DNA of 64,000 nucleotides, from positions 11,656,001-11,720,000 of the forward strand of contig JBHGNT010000003.1 in NCBI GenBank assembly GCA_043228905.1, written 5' to 3'. The notes beneath the pieces are model-generated. The model made no database searches. It was not told the DNA's origin and was given only the letters and a program-made list of their open reading frames with translations. The position numbers and the translations under genes are program-made. Below are positions 26,985 to 40,959 of the stretch, piece by piece; within the stretch, counting starts at the first letter, position 1; each line of letters starts with the position of its first letter. The stretch is from Azolla caroliniana. Taxonomy: Eukaryota > Plantae > Polypodiophyta.

Positions 26985-27567
26985 TATGGCAAGACTCGAA
27001 CCTATGACCTTATGCTACATGGGTCGAGCTCTTGACCATTAGACAATACATTGTAATACGTAGAATATTATTTTCATTTATGTTTTATTATAGAAAATTG
27101 ATGTATATCCCAGATTTCTCTGGAACATTCTAGAAACTTCAGGAGTATTCCTTAGAACACTATAAAAGGAGGCACGAGGCATTATTTCAAACCAAATCGG
27201 TTCAACGCCAGTCTTAAGCCTCCTAGCTACTACTGTACATTCTCTTCACATAATATATATCTTTTCTTATCATCTCTCTCTCTCTCTCTCTCTCCCTCCT
27301 TCTCACTCACTCTTTCCTTCTCTCGAGAGTTCTTCACCTCTCTTAGTACTAATACTTCTTTTAGTACTAATTCCTTCTCTGTCTTAGTACTGTTCCTGAC
27401 AAGGGGAAGAAGAAGATGTCGGGATATGACACCGGCAGTGAAGGAATTCGGAGAGAATTTTGTTGCCGATACACATCGGAACAAAATGGTGTGGCTGAGA
27501 GAAAGAATCGGTCAATTGTCGATGCAGCAAGGGCAATGTTGGAGGAGAAAAGCATGCCCAGGTTCTA

Positions 27568-29107
27568 TTGGCGCATTAGTGAGGCCGAACGACATGACCG
27601 TATACTCGAAGTGCCCATATCTGGTGCGGAACGCGGTCTTCCATTCATCTCCTGGTCGGATCCGTACGAGGTCCGTAAGTTGATCTTCGTGAAGAACCTG
27701 GCACCATTGATCCGTTCTAAAAGACTTGAGATAAGGGGGAGTGCATACCTATTTCGATTGTAACCTTATTCAAGCCACGGTAATCTACAACGAGCTGAAG
27801 TGAGCCATCTTTTTTCTTGACGAAGAAAATGGGTGCGGCGGTTGGAGATTTCGAATGTCGTATGAAACCATTCTCCAAATTCTCCTCTATATAGGCTCGA
27901 AGGACTTCCAGTTCGGTTGGTGACAAATTGTAGATCGGTCCCCAAGGTGGCTCTTTCCCCGGTTGTAAATCGATGGGGCAATCATATGGTCGATGGTGAG
28001 GAAGCGTACTGGCTTGTACTTTATCAAACACATCGACATACTGATGATACTTCTCTGGAAGTTGAACGGTGGAATCCTCTTTAGTGGTGCTGGAGGGGTT
28101 TACTGATATTGCGAAGAGGAACATTTCTTTCTTGCATCCTTCCTCACGCAACTGATGTAGTGAAATCGTTGCAATCTCATGAGTAGACCCTCGGGCTTTT
28201 TGATGCCTGATTTCTCTTGTCCGCCAATCTATGTCTGGGTTATGTAATTCGAACCATGGTAATCCTAAGACAATGGGGTGTTCTGGGATGCTAATTATAA
28301 TAAATGATATGACACATGCTAGATTATCTAGGACAACATTAACGGGCTCTGACTCTTCTATGATATTTCCTGAGGTAATGGGATGACCATCGACGACTAC
28401 TACAAGGGCAGGACACGGGAGTTTTCTGAGAGATATCTGATGAGCTTGGGCAAATTTCCTATCCATGAAGCAAGAATTAGCTCCGGAATCTAGAAGTGCT
28501 AAGACATGTACTAGAGGAGTACTTTTAGTACTAACTATTACTTGGGCTACGAACACATTGCCAACTTGCTTAGAGGGAATGGAACCACTAATGGGCTGCA
28601 CAGATCTAGGGCTGTCCAACCAAACGGCTCCTATTTTGGCTGGACTTAGTCGTTTAACTCTTCTTCTAACTGACTAAGAACATCAAATTTGTTCGCTAGA
28701 TTTGGGCTATTAGTACTATTAGGACTATCAGATATCCCTACTGAAATAGACTCGGGTTTAGTACAATTAGAACTAGCAACTATTTGGTTTACCTGCCTTC
28801 TTGGCCTATGGGGACAGTTTACCGCGATATGCCCTGGTCCACCGCAATAAAAACATAGTCGGTTTGCTCGGCATCGTTGCTTTTCTTCTTCCGATAGCAG
28901 TCCACGACGACGTGTGGTGTCAATTTCCATCGGAGTTGGAGTACTTGCTGGAGGCGCATTATATGACTCCCTCAGAAAAGGTTTCGCTACCACTGAGGCA
29001 TAGGTAGGCTCTGATCTTGCCCTCGGAATCTGGAATTGTCGTTCCAAATGTCGTTCGAAGAGGCGGTTGTCACATCTCACCGCGCGACTAATTGCTTCTG
29101 TTAATGA
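27568..29107 (-). mobile_element. Inverted internal fragment of the chromovirus C family (gag 3' end, PR, RT start)
   Basis: Near-identical reverse complement of ~23326-24490 plus the segment deleted in C; ORFs 28646-29080 and 27717-28619. Confidence 0.9.
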
Positions 29108-31794
29108 TGCCGACTTATCAAACTCGACATCTCGACTTACTCGAACTATTTAGTCTGACGAGTATGTATTTCTCCGACTTCGGATCTAGCTTCCTCCACT
29201 TCTCATCCAGTACATGCACATATGCTATGCTACCGAATACCTAAAGGTGTCTCCAATTCGGCGTCCGCCCGAAATACAGCTCATGTGCTGACACCTTATC
29301 TCCAATCCGTTTTTGGATGTAGACAGCCGTCCGAACTGCCTCAACCCAATAGAACTTGGGCATGCTTTTCTCCTCCAGCATTGCCCTTGTTGCATCGACA
29401 ATTGGCCGATTCTTTCTCTCAGCCACACCATTTTGTTCCGGTGTGTATCGGCAACAAAATTCTCTCCGAATTCCTTTTTGCTGCAAATAACTATTGAATT
29501 GGCCGGAAAAGTATACTTTTCCGCCATCTAACCACAGGCACTTGATCTTTCTTTTTGTTTCCCTCTTGACTAGGCTTTGTAGATTCCGGAAACAATCGAA
29601 GACTTCACTTTTCTTCTCAATGAGGTAGATCCATGTATGTCGGCTTTAGTCGTCAATGAAGGAGACGAAATACCGACTCCCACCAAGACTAACGGCTTGT
29701 GCCGGTCCCCATACATCCGAATGGATTAAGTCGAGCTTATTACGGCTCCTGTTTTGTTCAGTAGGGAATGGAAGCCGGTGTTGCTTCCCGAGTTGGCAGG
29801 CTCCACATATTTGGGCCTTCCGGCCACTGAAGCCTCCGGTAGTTGACGTGGCCGATTCGCTTGTGCTAGAGATCAATGTCCATTCAATCTTCTATCCTTT
29901 GGCAAATAAGGCGGTACCTACGTCATTGGTGTTGAGGATGAACATCCTCTTGCCTTTGCGCCCTTGTGTGATAATCTGGCCCTTTTCCTCGATGAAGCAC
30001 TCAAGGTGCATAAACCGCACCTGCATTCCCTAGTTGACAATTTGTTTGACCGACACCAGGTTCTTTGTGATTGTTGGAACGTGAAGTACATTCATAAGCT
30101 TTTCCTTTTGTCCGACATGGCTTAAAGGGACTTCTCCGACATGCACAATCGGGTGAGGGGTGTCGTCTCTGGTTTCGACAATTCCTGGTTGTTCCGGTTT
30201 CTCTAAAAATGAGAACCACTCTTCATGGCTCGTCATGTGATTAGATGCTCTGGAATCAACGTACCACACTTCCTCCAATCCGGAAGTGGTGTGCTTCATC
30301 GAGTTCTCCTTGTGCTTCATCACGAAGGCTGGCCCTTTACAAGTCTTCCTGGTTCTGGATCCTTCCGATCCCTCAACTAGTGCGAACTTTGACTGTTTCC
30401 CTGTCCGGCCTTGACAGATCCAGATTTATCCGAATTGGCACGCTTCTTCCAACACCTGCTTTCTTTGTGGCCTTTCTTGCCACAATACCAGCATTCCGTG
30501 TTGGCCTTTGATTTCCGGTTTCTGGCACCGCCTTGACTCCCCCTGCTTGTGGAGGGTCCGGAACTACTATCGGCACTGTCTTTGTGCCTTCGGTCCTGCT
30601 CTTGCCGGCCGCCTTGATTGTGTGTCGACCCACCTCGTCCACCACGTCCATGGGGCCGATCCGCTTCCGTGTACAACATCTGGTTGTCCGATTGAGTGGT
30701 CCTTGGCCCAATCACGTGGTTTTCTTCGACCTTCAACATCGATTGTAGGTCGAAGAAGGACGATGGCTTCTCCCGAGTGCAGATAGCCATCCAGATTGGC
30801 CCATACCGTTGTGCTAGACCACCAAGGCCGATTTTGACCATTTCGTCTTCGTCCACCGTCACATTGACGGACCCAAGCGCGTCACAAATCTTCTTTATTT
30901 TGGTGATGTACTTTGTAACCGACATATCTCTCTGTTGGATGTTGTTCAGTTCTTGCTGGAGCTGCAACTTACGGGTTGTGGTACGTGCGGCAAAAATCTT
31001 CCGAAGATTTTCCTAGGCCTCCTTTGGCGTTTTTGCATCCTTGATGTAGCCGAGCATCTGATCATGCACACAAGATGCGAGGCAGTACAACACTCTACTC
31101 GCTCCTTGTTCCTATGCTAGGAACTCCTTGTGTGCCGGCTCCGACGCTACATTGTTCGTTCTTTCCACATAGCTCCAATAACCATGGCCCAATAGGTACT
31201 GGTGCATTTTATATGACCAGGATGCATAGTTGCTCCGGTCGAGCTTTTCTGTGGGAAGCGAACTTGCCATACCTCTGTCCATCTTGGTTCTCTTCTGTTC
31301 GTCACCGGGTGTTAGGGTTTTTCTTCAAAAGCGTCTGTCAGCTGTAGAGGAGTCTCAACCCTTGCGCTCTAATACCATGTTAAAGTTAATATGCGGAAGC
31401 GTATGACAAACCGGCTCAATCGGATACCAACAAAACGTAGAGAAGAAGGCTTAATGGAGACCTTACACAGAGAATACACGGGAGAGATAGAGAGAGCAGA
31501 ACATAAACTCAATTAAAAAATAATAATCCACTATGTGCATAGAATGTGCTCAGAGCACTTTTATACAAGTCCATGAAGGACTGATAGGTACTTGAATGCT
31601 CATACGAGTGACTGACACTAACTCCCAAAAATATGCCTACGTACTAGGCTGGATCCGTAGGCCTCTAACAACTTACCAGTTTCAATCTGATCTGGCTCTC
31701 CGATCCGGCTTCTGGTTTCAAATATCATCCGGACACCGATCCGGCTTTGGCTTATTTAGTGGATCCGAATCCGGTTGAGCTTGTTCACTCAAGA
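29108..31794 (-). mobile_element. 5' half of a degenerate Ty1/Copia element (LTR 31378-31794, gag, PR, integrase); an inverted integrase scrap also lies at ~27440-27570
   Basis: PBS TGGTATTAGAGC (iMet type); CWYCGKKGHKESRC; WYVDSRASNHMT; LDLIHSDVWGP..FVSFIDD; YTPEQNGVAERKNR. Confidence 0.88.
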
Positions 31795-33245
31795 TAACGT
31801 TTAAATACGTATAGTACCTCATAATTTGTATAGTACGTACTATACCTCAATGTTGTTCATTCAAATATCATGTACATTTGTCTAATACGGTATTTAACGT
31901 ACATTTGAAAAAACAGGTATAATACGTATTTATTAGAAAATGTAAGTAAAACCCCAACAAAAAGCAAAAGAAAAAAAAGATTTTAGTGAAAAAGAAGGAA
32001 GACAAAAGAATAGAAGAGATGATGATGAAGAACAAGAAGAAAAAGAAAAAGAGAGAAAAGAAGACAGAAACCTGTCCAGACTCTGAGTGTGATAATCACA
32101 GAAGATAGAAGAAGAAGATGATAACGAAGAAGAGAGAAACCTATCCCGAGTGTGATAATTGTAGACGATTCCTTAATCTATGAAGGCTTTATCATAAATA
32201 ATTACAATTTGAAGTAGAACATCCTGATACGCACTTACACTAATTTATAGAATAAGTGAATGTCTACATCCATATTATAAATTATTTTAGGATGTGAAAT
32301 GTTCAAATGTCTTATATGCATTTTAGGATGTAAAACTATAATGTATGTCACCACAAAATTGTGTAAACATAGATGCTTTTTACAATATTACAAATTACTT
32401 TTAGAAAGGTAAATAATTTTTAGAATCTAGAAGTATTTAACGTACTATATTTACGTATTTTATAAGTATTTAACATATTAAAAAACGTATTTAACTTATT
32501 TTTAAATTGGGCGGTACTATACACATATTAATACCTTATATATGTATGGTATCCGTGGCGTATCTAACGTACCTAACAACCTTGGGACTCTGCACTCTGA
32601 ACTGTAAGCCGATACATGAGTAATCCAGGACGAGAACACTGGGAAGTGGTGAAATGGATACTCAGGTACTTAAAAGGCACCTTGGGTGTGTGTCTTAAGT
32701 ATGGTGTCAAAAAACCCATGCTAGAAGGGTTTACCGACTCAGACATGTCGGGGGATGTAGGCTTGAGTCGATCCATGTCAGGGTACGTGATGACCTATGT
32801 TGTGTATTATAGATCATAGTACTAATGTAAGCTTAAGATAAGGATAATGAAAAGATAGATAGAAAGGAGAAAGAGAAAGAAGGGTGCCGATCCACCCGAC
32901 CACCCCCGAGCGAAGGGATCGAGACGGACTCGAGCCTCGATCGGCGTCCCATACCACCGCCGTGGCGTCGAGTCGTACCTGGTGCTGGCGCGCTCGCTAC
33001 AAGAGTTGACCCACCACACGAGCAGAGTCTCGATGTAGTCAAAAGATGATCAAATGAGGGTAGCTAGGCCTCTTATTTATAGCGAAACCCAAGGCCCCCA
33101 GGCAAGTTCACACTTGACCTAATGGGTTGTCTCAATCCCGAGGATTAAAAGTAATCCTCCCCTTCTTTACACTCTCCTTTAACCCTCACACTTATCCACG
33201 TGTATAGAATACTACGGTAAATTCTTACCACGGGATATTATATGG

Positions 33246-36200
33246 TCATGCCCGTAACATACTCCCCCTCTTTAAAACATTGCACTCTTGCAATGGAAAG
33301 TTAGGGAAGTTAGTTCTAAGTGTATTTTCGCGTTCCCATGTGGCATCTTTTATTGATTTATCCATCCATTTTATTTTGAATTCTCGGATTTCTTTAGTAC
33401 GTAATTTTTTTGTTTTAACATCGAGAATTCTTTCTGGTACATGTGGTTTAGAAGATAATTCTTCAGAAGTAACCAGAGTTTCAGTCGTAGCTGTATTGTC
33501 GCCAGAACCTAGAAGTTCTTTTAGACAACTCACATGAAAGACTGGATGAATTCCGACACCATCGGGAAGAGCGAGACGATAGGCTGATGACCCAATGCGT
33601 TTGAGGACTGTAAAAGGTCCACAAAACCGTGGGGCTAACTTAGCGCACTTACCCGTAGACAATGTCTTAGAATTGTGAGGTACACGTAAAAATACCTTCT
33701 GTCCAGGGTTGAATACACGAGGTTGCCTATGATGATCGGCATAAAAACGCGCTCTATCTTGAGCTGTTTTTATATTATCTCGTGCAATATGCAACATATC
33801 TTGCATATCCCGAAGAAAGTTTTGCGTACTTCGCAACTCATCATGATGTATAGTAACATCAATCGGGGCTCGTGGCTGAAAACCATACATCAACATAAAA
33901 GGACTATATCCCGTCGACGTATGCTTGGAGCTGTTATAAGCAAACTCCAAAATTGGGAGATAACGTTCCCATTTTGTTGGTTTTACACCAACGTATGCTC
34001 GAAGCATGTCCTCAATAATTTGATTTACTCGTTCTGTCTATCCATCGGATTGAGGATGATCCGTGGAGCTCATGCTCAACGTAGTTTCTAACTTCTTAAA
34101 GACCTGTGTCCAGAAGTCACTAGTAAACTTTGGATCTCGATCACTCACGATATCCATCGGTAACCCATAAAAACGAAACAATTCGTCAACGAATTGGTAA
34201 GCCAATTCAGGAGCTGTTACCGTGGTTTTAGTAGCAATAAATCTGGCCATTTTAGTTAGTCGATCAACGACAACCCAGATGGCATCATGACCTTTTTGGG
34301 TGCGAGGAAGGCTAACAATAAAATCCATGGATATACTTTCCCACTTATTATTGGGAATGTCCAAGGGATGTAAAAGTCCTGCGACTTTAAGTCGCTCGGC
34401 TTTGTTAACCTGACACTGGTGACATTTAGTCACATAGCTATGTATGTCAGGACGCATCTTAGGCCAATAAAATTGAGTGGAGATGAGAACGAGTGTACGA
34501 TGTATTCCAGGGTGCCCTGCTGAGGGTGCATCATGGCATTCAAAAAGAATCCTCTTTTTGACCTCGGGTAAATCTGGAACACAAACCTTCCCATTACGGT
34601 AGAGCAAACCGTTAGCAATGTGGAAGTATTCCTTCGAGGATGTGGTGGTGTCTGTTCCAGACTCAACTCTTGCCCAGTATTTTGCGAAATAACTGTCATC
34701 AGGATACTTTCCTCGAAGGTGATCATAAAGATCTGATGATATTTCAGTGAAGCTAAGCGTGTTAACTTCACGGATGCGACTTAGTGCATCAGCGACAGTG
34801 TTCATGGAACCTTTACGATATCGTATGGAAAAATCAAAGTCCTGGATGAGATCAGCCCATCGTGCCTTACGACCTTTCAGGTCTTGTTGGTCACAAAAAT
34901 ATTTCAAGGACTCGTGGTCCGTAGTTACCACAAAGTGATTTCCATAAAGATAATGGCGCCATGTTTTGAGCGCATGTATAACTGCAAATAATTCCTTTTC
35001 TTGAACGGTATACCGACATTGAGCAGAATCAAGTTTCTTACTCTCGAATGCTATCGGTTTACCATCTTGATACAAGACAGCACCTATAGCGTAATCGTTG
35101 GCATCGGTTTCAACCTCAAAAGGTTTTGAAGGATCGGGTAAAAGAAGTGAAGGAGCCTTGCAAACCAGGTCCTTGAGTTCCGTAAAGGCAAGGTCTAGTG
35201 TAGCATTCCACACAATAGGTTTTGTAGACTTACGCGTTTGACCTTTTAAAAGATCAGTAAACGGCGTCGTCAATTGGGAGTAATTACGAAGAGACTTTCG
35301 CAAAAACCCCACAAAACCAAGGAATGATCGAACTTCTCGAATATTCCGAAGAGTGGGCCAAAGCTTGATTTTCTCAATGCGAGAAGGATCAATTTCAACT
35401 CCTCGTTCGGTTATGAGATGTCCTAGATAAGTAATTGATTTCTTGAAGAACTCACATTTTGAGATCTTCGCATAAAACTGTTTGTCACGCAATGTTTGTA
35501 AAACAAAGCGGACATGTCTAGCATGTTCTTGTAATGTACGGCTATAAACTAAAATATCATCCAAGAAAATAACGACAAATTTTCCAAGTTGTTCTCGGAA
35601 AATGTCATTCATTTCTTGTTGAAAAGTAGCCGGAGCATTGGTCAAACCAAAAGGCATAACCAAAAACTCGTAATGGCCATAGCGCGTACGAAATGCCGTT
35701 TTAGGAACATCGTCCTCACTTATTCGTATTTGATGGTAGCCAGTACAGAGATCAAGTTTCGTAAAATACCGAGCTCCCTGGAGACGGTCAATTAGATCGT
35801 CAGCCCGGGGCAATGGATACGAATTCTTGATCGTCACTTTATTCAAGCGTCGGTAATTAATACACATACGCCATGTGCCCTCTTTCTTTTTAACCAAGAG
35901 AACTGGTGCACCCCATGGAGATTTACTATAACGTATATAACCCATTGGTAAATAGTCCTTGAGTTGCTTAGATACCTCATCTTCTTCGGATCGACTTAAG
36001 CGATACGGAGGTATACTTATTGGTGCAACACCAGGTACAATATCTATACGATGGTCTATATTACGTTTAGGAGGTAACCCATCAGGTAGTTCACTTGGAA
36101 AAACATCATGAAAATCATGTAAGATTTCATCAAGTTGTTGTTGTTCAAAATATGTTAATTGAATCGGGACATTATCGATATTGTAAACGTGAATGTCCGG

Positions 36201-37679
36201 ATCAAGTACACAATAAAATAACGTAGAACAAGACAACTCGGATATTGATGGACACGAGGAAACAATCGAGAGGGATTGTTTTTTTACACATTGAATAAAA
36301 TGCGTACAATCGTTCAGTACAAAAGAAATGGAATGACGAACCCAATCAATAAATAAAGAAGAGTTTTTATTATAAAACCAGGGATAACCCAGTATTACAT
36401 CGGTGGTACAAAGATTCATTACATGGAAGTCTACTTCCTCTATATAAGTATCAATAGAAATTCCTAATGAATGAATCGCCCCGTTGATGTATTGTACTCT
36501 TCCATCAGCCAAGTGCACCGTGTAGGTGTGATCACTTACGGTGGGTTGGATTCCCCATATCTGAACCAAACGATCATTCACAAAATTGTGTGAGCTTCCC
36601 GAATCAAATAAAAATTGTACGGGAGATCCATTGATATACCCGTTTGCACGTAGTAAATCATTGGGACCCAATACATAGTGAGGGAAAGAACATTGACAAT
36701 TACTTAAATGATGTGTATAGACCTGAAGGACATTAGGAATCTGACCTTTATGGTCTGCAGCTTTAGCTTTGTTGTCGTGCTCTTTCCGTTGGAGCTTTCG
36801 ACATTGATCTTTTGTATGACCCTTCTTTTTGCAGAATACACAAAAAGGATGTTGTCGCTTACAATCGCGATCCAGGAATTCGTTGGGTGTCTTGCGTTTC
36901 CCAACAAATTGCGACTGCTTAGTCCCGGGCGCTTCGTTGGGTTTGTTATGGTCCTTCTTCGAAGTGCGTTGATAGCGAAGAACTATTTCAACGGCCTCTT
37001 CGAAGGATTTTGGATCCTTATCGTGCACTATCCAGTGATAGTCCGAATTGGGGATGCCATTGACAAAACAAGCTATCAACCAATTGTCCCCTTCTAGACC
37101 CGATTTTTGGATTTGGGTTCTAGCATGGTGAACATAGTCTTCTAGCGAGGAAAATTTCCTGCTAGAGAGGTTCATTAAAGCTTGTGCTGCCTCGGTTCGA
37201 GAGGGAGGTTGCAGAAATTGGCCCTTAAAAACCGTGACAAAATCTGTCCAGGTATCGGGGAATTTCCCCATAGTACGGAGGCCACGCCACCAGGCGGCGG
37301 CCTTACCCCCGAGTTCTCGGCCGACATATGCAATCTTCGTACTATCTGGCGTGGGATAGAGCTCAAAATGAGACTCCCATCGTCCCAGCCATGTGCAGAT
37401 TGCTTCTTCGGTTCTTTCCTTTTTGTCTCCCGTAAATGGCTTAACGACAAATGATGGTTCACCTTGTTGCTCATCAGGTCTATTAGTCTCACGTTGTAGG
37501 CTAATGACACGTGCCTCAAGAGCACTCTGAGATTGCCGAAGTTCGGTCATCTGTTGAGCGGTGAAACTAAGGAATTGGGTTATTTGTGCCAAATACATCT
37601 CAGTGGACATTTGTCCAGGAGGATTCCCTTGAGTTCCTTCCGCTTGAGCGGATGACATCGGGTCGTTAATTTGAGCCAT
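33246..37679 (-). pseudogene. Single-frame gag-pol polyprotein of element D (Gag, CCHC, PR, RT, RH, IN, chromodomain) with one nonsense change at 34038-34040
   Basis: 1213-aa ORF plus a 253-aa ORF in the same frame, split at HPQSDG*TERVNQ; [26 protein letters not shown]. Confidence 0.92.
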
Positions 37680-38859
37680 TAAAGATTATTTCTGGAAAAG
37701 AAATAGGATAAGGTCAGAGATATAGTCATAACATCTTGTCGTGATGTAAACATATCATGGGCGAGCATTAATCGATATCATTATCTCACGTCAATACCCC
37801 TCTAGACGTATGAGATGAGGTTCAAGATCAGGTTACTATGGTAACACAAAGGTGTTTTAAAAACCATGGGGGTGACAAATAAATGTCTTTCCCTGATCTC
37901 TATATCGATTTTTTCATGGTGGCTCCCCGAGGCTCAACCATGTATGTTCGCGTCATGAATAGTTTATACACGAAAAAAAATGTTAACAATAAACTATGTT
38001 TCGGTGCCCACATAAGTGGTTTCGGCTCTTTAAGTCCTATTACGAGGACCCCGAGGTGCACTTAGACCTTAAGTCTAAACATGTGTTATAGTCATATGTA
38101 TCAAGGATGTTGTATGGTCTTGGTCATATTTGAACTCGAGACCTCGAGAACAAATACATTAAACACTTGAGCCAACCAAGTAAGTTGCTCTTCTCGAATG
38201 CTTAATGTTTGATGCGTATAAGAGATATGCGAGGCAATTGATCATATACGTTTTTTTAAAAGAACATATATGTCAAGGGTCCTTATTTCGCCCTCATTTA
38301 CCAACACTATGTTGGTACGTTACCTAACCTCAAGTCTCGTAATTACGATGGCATATGTCAAAGGGCAACCTAATGGTCAAGCCAAATGAGCCCTCGTTTC
38401 GTAGTAGGCTCACGTGGGCCATCATATGGTCACGTCATTACGAATGCCTCTCGTAAGAACGAGCTCATGGTGGCATCGTATCCATGTAACGAGGGAAGGA
38501 TGTTGGATACGTGCGTCATTGGAGCGACCTCACTTGAAGTGGGTCAAGCCCTACGTACTCAACATCATTTTGGCTATTGGCGTTTCTTTACGTAACGAAA
38601 TCGAGGTCGTCAACGGGGTTATCAACAATAAAAAAATGTTGAAAAAGGGATGGTGACAACGCCATTCTCACAAAAATGTGAGGACGGCCACCAACATCCT
38701 TTTCCCGATCATGACAACTTTCGATATAATCACGTAATAACGAATATACACATATGGTTACTTATCACATATATACGATCAAATACGTATATATGTGACC
38801 ACATATGCCTATATTCAACATATCGTTATAGTAAATAGCCACAAATGATGTGATCGAGA

Positions 38860-39120
38860 TACGTAATCGAGGTATATACCTCTACGCACACGAAACATCC
38901 ACAAATAAGAGATCATCGTAATACGCAATGGAGGTATTGACCTCTTACGCATACGAGACCAAACGCATATCGTTTACAACAAATCAAGGTATTAAACTCA
39001 TACGCAAACGTAACATATGTTCGTGAACGTAATACGTAATTGAGGTATTAACCTCGTACGCATACGACACTCATCACATATTATTAACATGTTAAACGAG
39101 GTATTGACCCCGTGCACATA
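38860..39120. repeat. Five degenerate ~35-bp palindromic repeats separated by unrelated spacers, in the 5' leader of element D
   Basis: Consensus TACGYAATNGAGGTATTRACCTCNTACGCAYACGA at ~38860, 38922, 38982, 39033 and 39095. Confidence 0.7.
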
Positions 39121-40959
39121 TGTAAACGTTTTAGATAATCAATTAAAGACCACTACAACATCATTGATTTAATGAAAAAAATTACATATAAACTAAACAC
39201 ATGATTAGATGGGAGAAGAGAGAATAGAAAAAAAAATATGGAAAGAGTTACCGAAGTTCTTTGTTGATCGTTGTCTGGATCAAGGCCAACCGCACAATGA
39301 TCGATCAACATCAATCAAAAGACAAATGAAAAACAAAGAAACATTAGTAAAAAAATCTGATACCAAATATTATAGATCATAGAACTAATGTAAGCTTAAG
39401 ATAAGGATAATGAAAAGATAGATAGAAAGGAGAAAGAGAAAGAAGGGTGCCGATCCACCCGACCACCCCCGAGCGAAGGGATCGAGACGGACTCGAGCCT
39501 CGATCGGCGTCCCATACCACCGCCGTGGCGTCGAGTCGTACCTGGTGCTGGCGCGCTCGCTACAAGAGTTGACCCACCACACGAGCAGAGTCTCGATGTA
39601 GTCAAAAGATGATCAAATGAGGGTAGCTAGGCCTCTTATTTATAGCGAAACCCAAGGCCCCCAGGCAAGTTCACACTTGACCTAATGGGTTGTCTCAATC
39701 CCGAGGATTAAAAGTAATCCTCCCCTTCTTTACACTCTCCTTTAACCCTCACACTTATCCACGTGTATAGAATACTACGGTAAATTCTTACCACGGGATA
39801 TTATATGGTCATGCCCGTAACATTGTGGCAGTCACGATTGCAAAAGTCTGTGGCCTTGTCGACCACAGAGGCAGAGTATATGGCAACGGTAGACGCCAAC
39901 AAGGAGCTCATTTGGATGAGAAACTTTCTCAGCGAGTTGGGAATGAAGCAAAGGGATTTCTTGCTTCATTGTGACAGCCGGAGTGCCATACATCTAGCGA
40001 AGAACGTTGCATACCACTCCCGGACCAAGCACATACAGAGAAGGTATCACTGGTTACAGGAGAAAGTCGAAGAAGGAGAGTTTACCCTCGTGAAGATCCA
40101 TACTGACGACAATGGATCCGACATGCTAACAAAGAACCTACCGATGGACCGACTCAGAGTTTGTTGACAGAGGACAGGAATAACGAACTCCTCCCCATAG
40201 GAATGAAGGGGGAGTTTGTTAGGAATATGTCCCTGCAATAGGAGGAGCCGACTGTCGAATATAGGGAGCAACCGACTGTTCGAATGAGAGTCGACAGTTG
40301 AGGAGTTGACTCAGAGAGACTTAATTGAGGTCAAAGACATGACCGGCTAGTCAGGCCGACTAGATGGTCAATGACCAGGCCGACTAGTCGAACCGACCCG
40401 ACAGTCGACGAATGAGTCGACTGATTAGTAAGACTATTATTAATATAAGATAATAATAGGAATGACAATAGCAATGTCTACATTTGTAAATAGCCCATAC
40501 AGGGTATAAGTATAAATACACTTACGACAAACAGTTTGAGTGTAGAATAGGTGAATGTGTGAGCCTTTGTAGTGTAGCGCGATAGAGAAGAGAGAGTGTG
40601 TGAGTGTGAGTGAGTGAGCGGCGCCATAGCTGTGTTCAATAGCAACATATTCCAAGAGCCCTACGATGCTGTTTACACTCGGTGTAGAGAGTGTTGTACT
40701 ATGATCTCGTTGTTGTATATCCATTGTATAGTGACGCTCTGTTCTCCGTGGTTTTCTCCCATTTTAGAGTTTCCACGTTAAATCTGTGTACACTGTTTTC
40801 TGTTGTCTCAGAGTTGTGTATTTTAGCATATTCCTTTTCTTGTGGATTGACGATTCGTTACACATCATAATGGAGGTATGGGATGACGTCCTCATAAAAA
40901 ACAAAGAGGTATGGGATGATGCATGTATCAAATGTGAAGGAATGGACCACAACCTATCG

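Larger units (their letters stand above)
22140..27401 (+). mobile_element. Ty3/Gypsy chromovirus (Tcn1/Tf1-like), near full length, element C
   Basis: 425-bp LTRs at 22140-22564 and 26977-27401; gag, PR (LLDSGA), RT (YLDD), RNase H, integrase, chromodomain (EYEVAAILDSK..YLVDWLGY..TWEP); PPT AAAGGGGGGATAG; flanks GATGA/AGGGG do not form a TSD. Confidence 0.93.
32805..39822 (-). mobile_element. Very young full-length Ty3/Gypsy chromovirus, element D
   Basis: 455-bp LTRs at 32805-33259 and 39368-39822 (one mismatch seen); TSD TTGTG; PBS TGGTATCAGA; PPT AGAGGGGGAG. Confidence 0.96.
32590..40860 (+). mobile_element. 3' end of a Tnt1-like Copia (RT/RNase H at 32590-32804 and 39823-40200; 3' LTR from 40217), split by Gypsy element D
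   Basis: HWEVVKWILRYLKGT..GFTDSD..SGYV | WQSRLQKSVALSTTEAEY..RTKHI..DMLTK; PPT GAAGGGGGAG; right LTR end approximate. Confidence 0.85.

Noticed and set aside
31795-32580. AT-rich and GAA-rich segment as a MITE or DNA transposon
   Set aside because: No matching TIR pair or TSD could be found.
38860-39120. True CRISPR array
   Set aside because: Eukaryotic retrotransposon leader, degenerate repeats and no cas genes; kept only as a structural finding.
32822-39605. Duplicated 65- and 69-aa ORFs
   Set aside because: They are LTR copies of element D.
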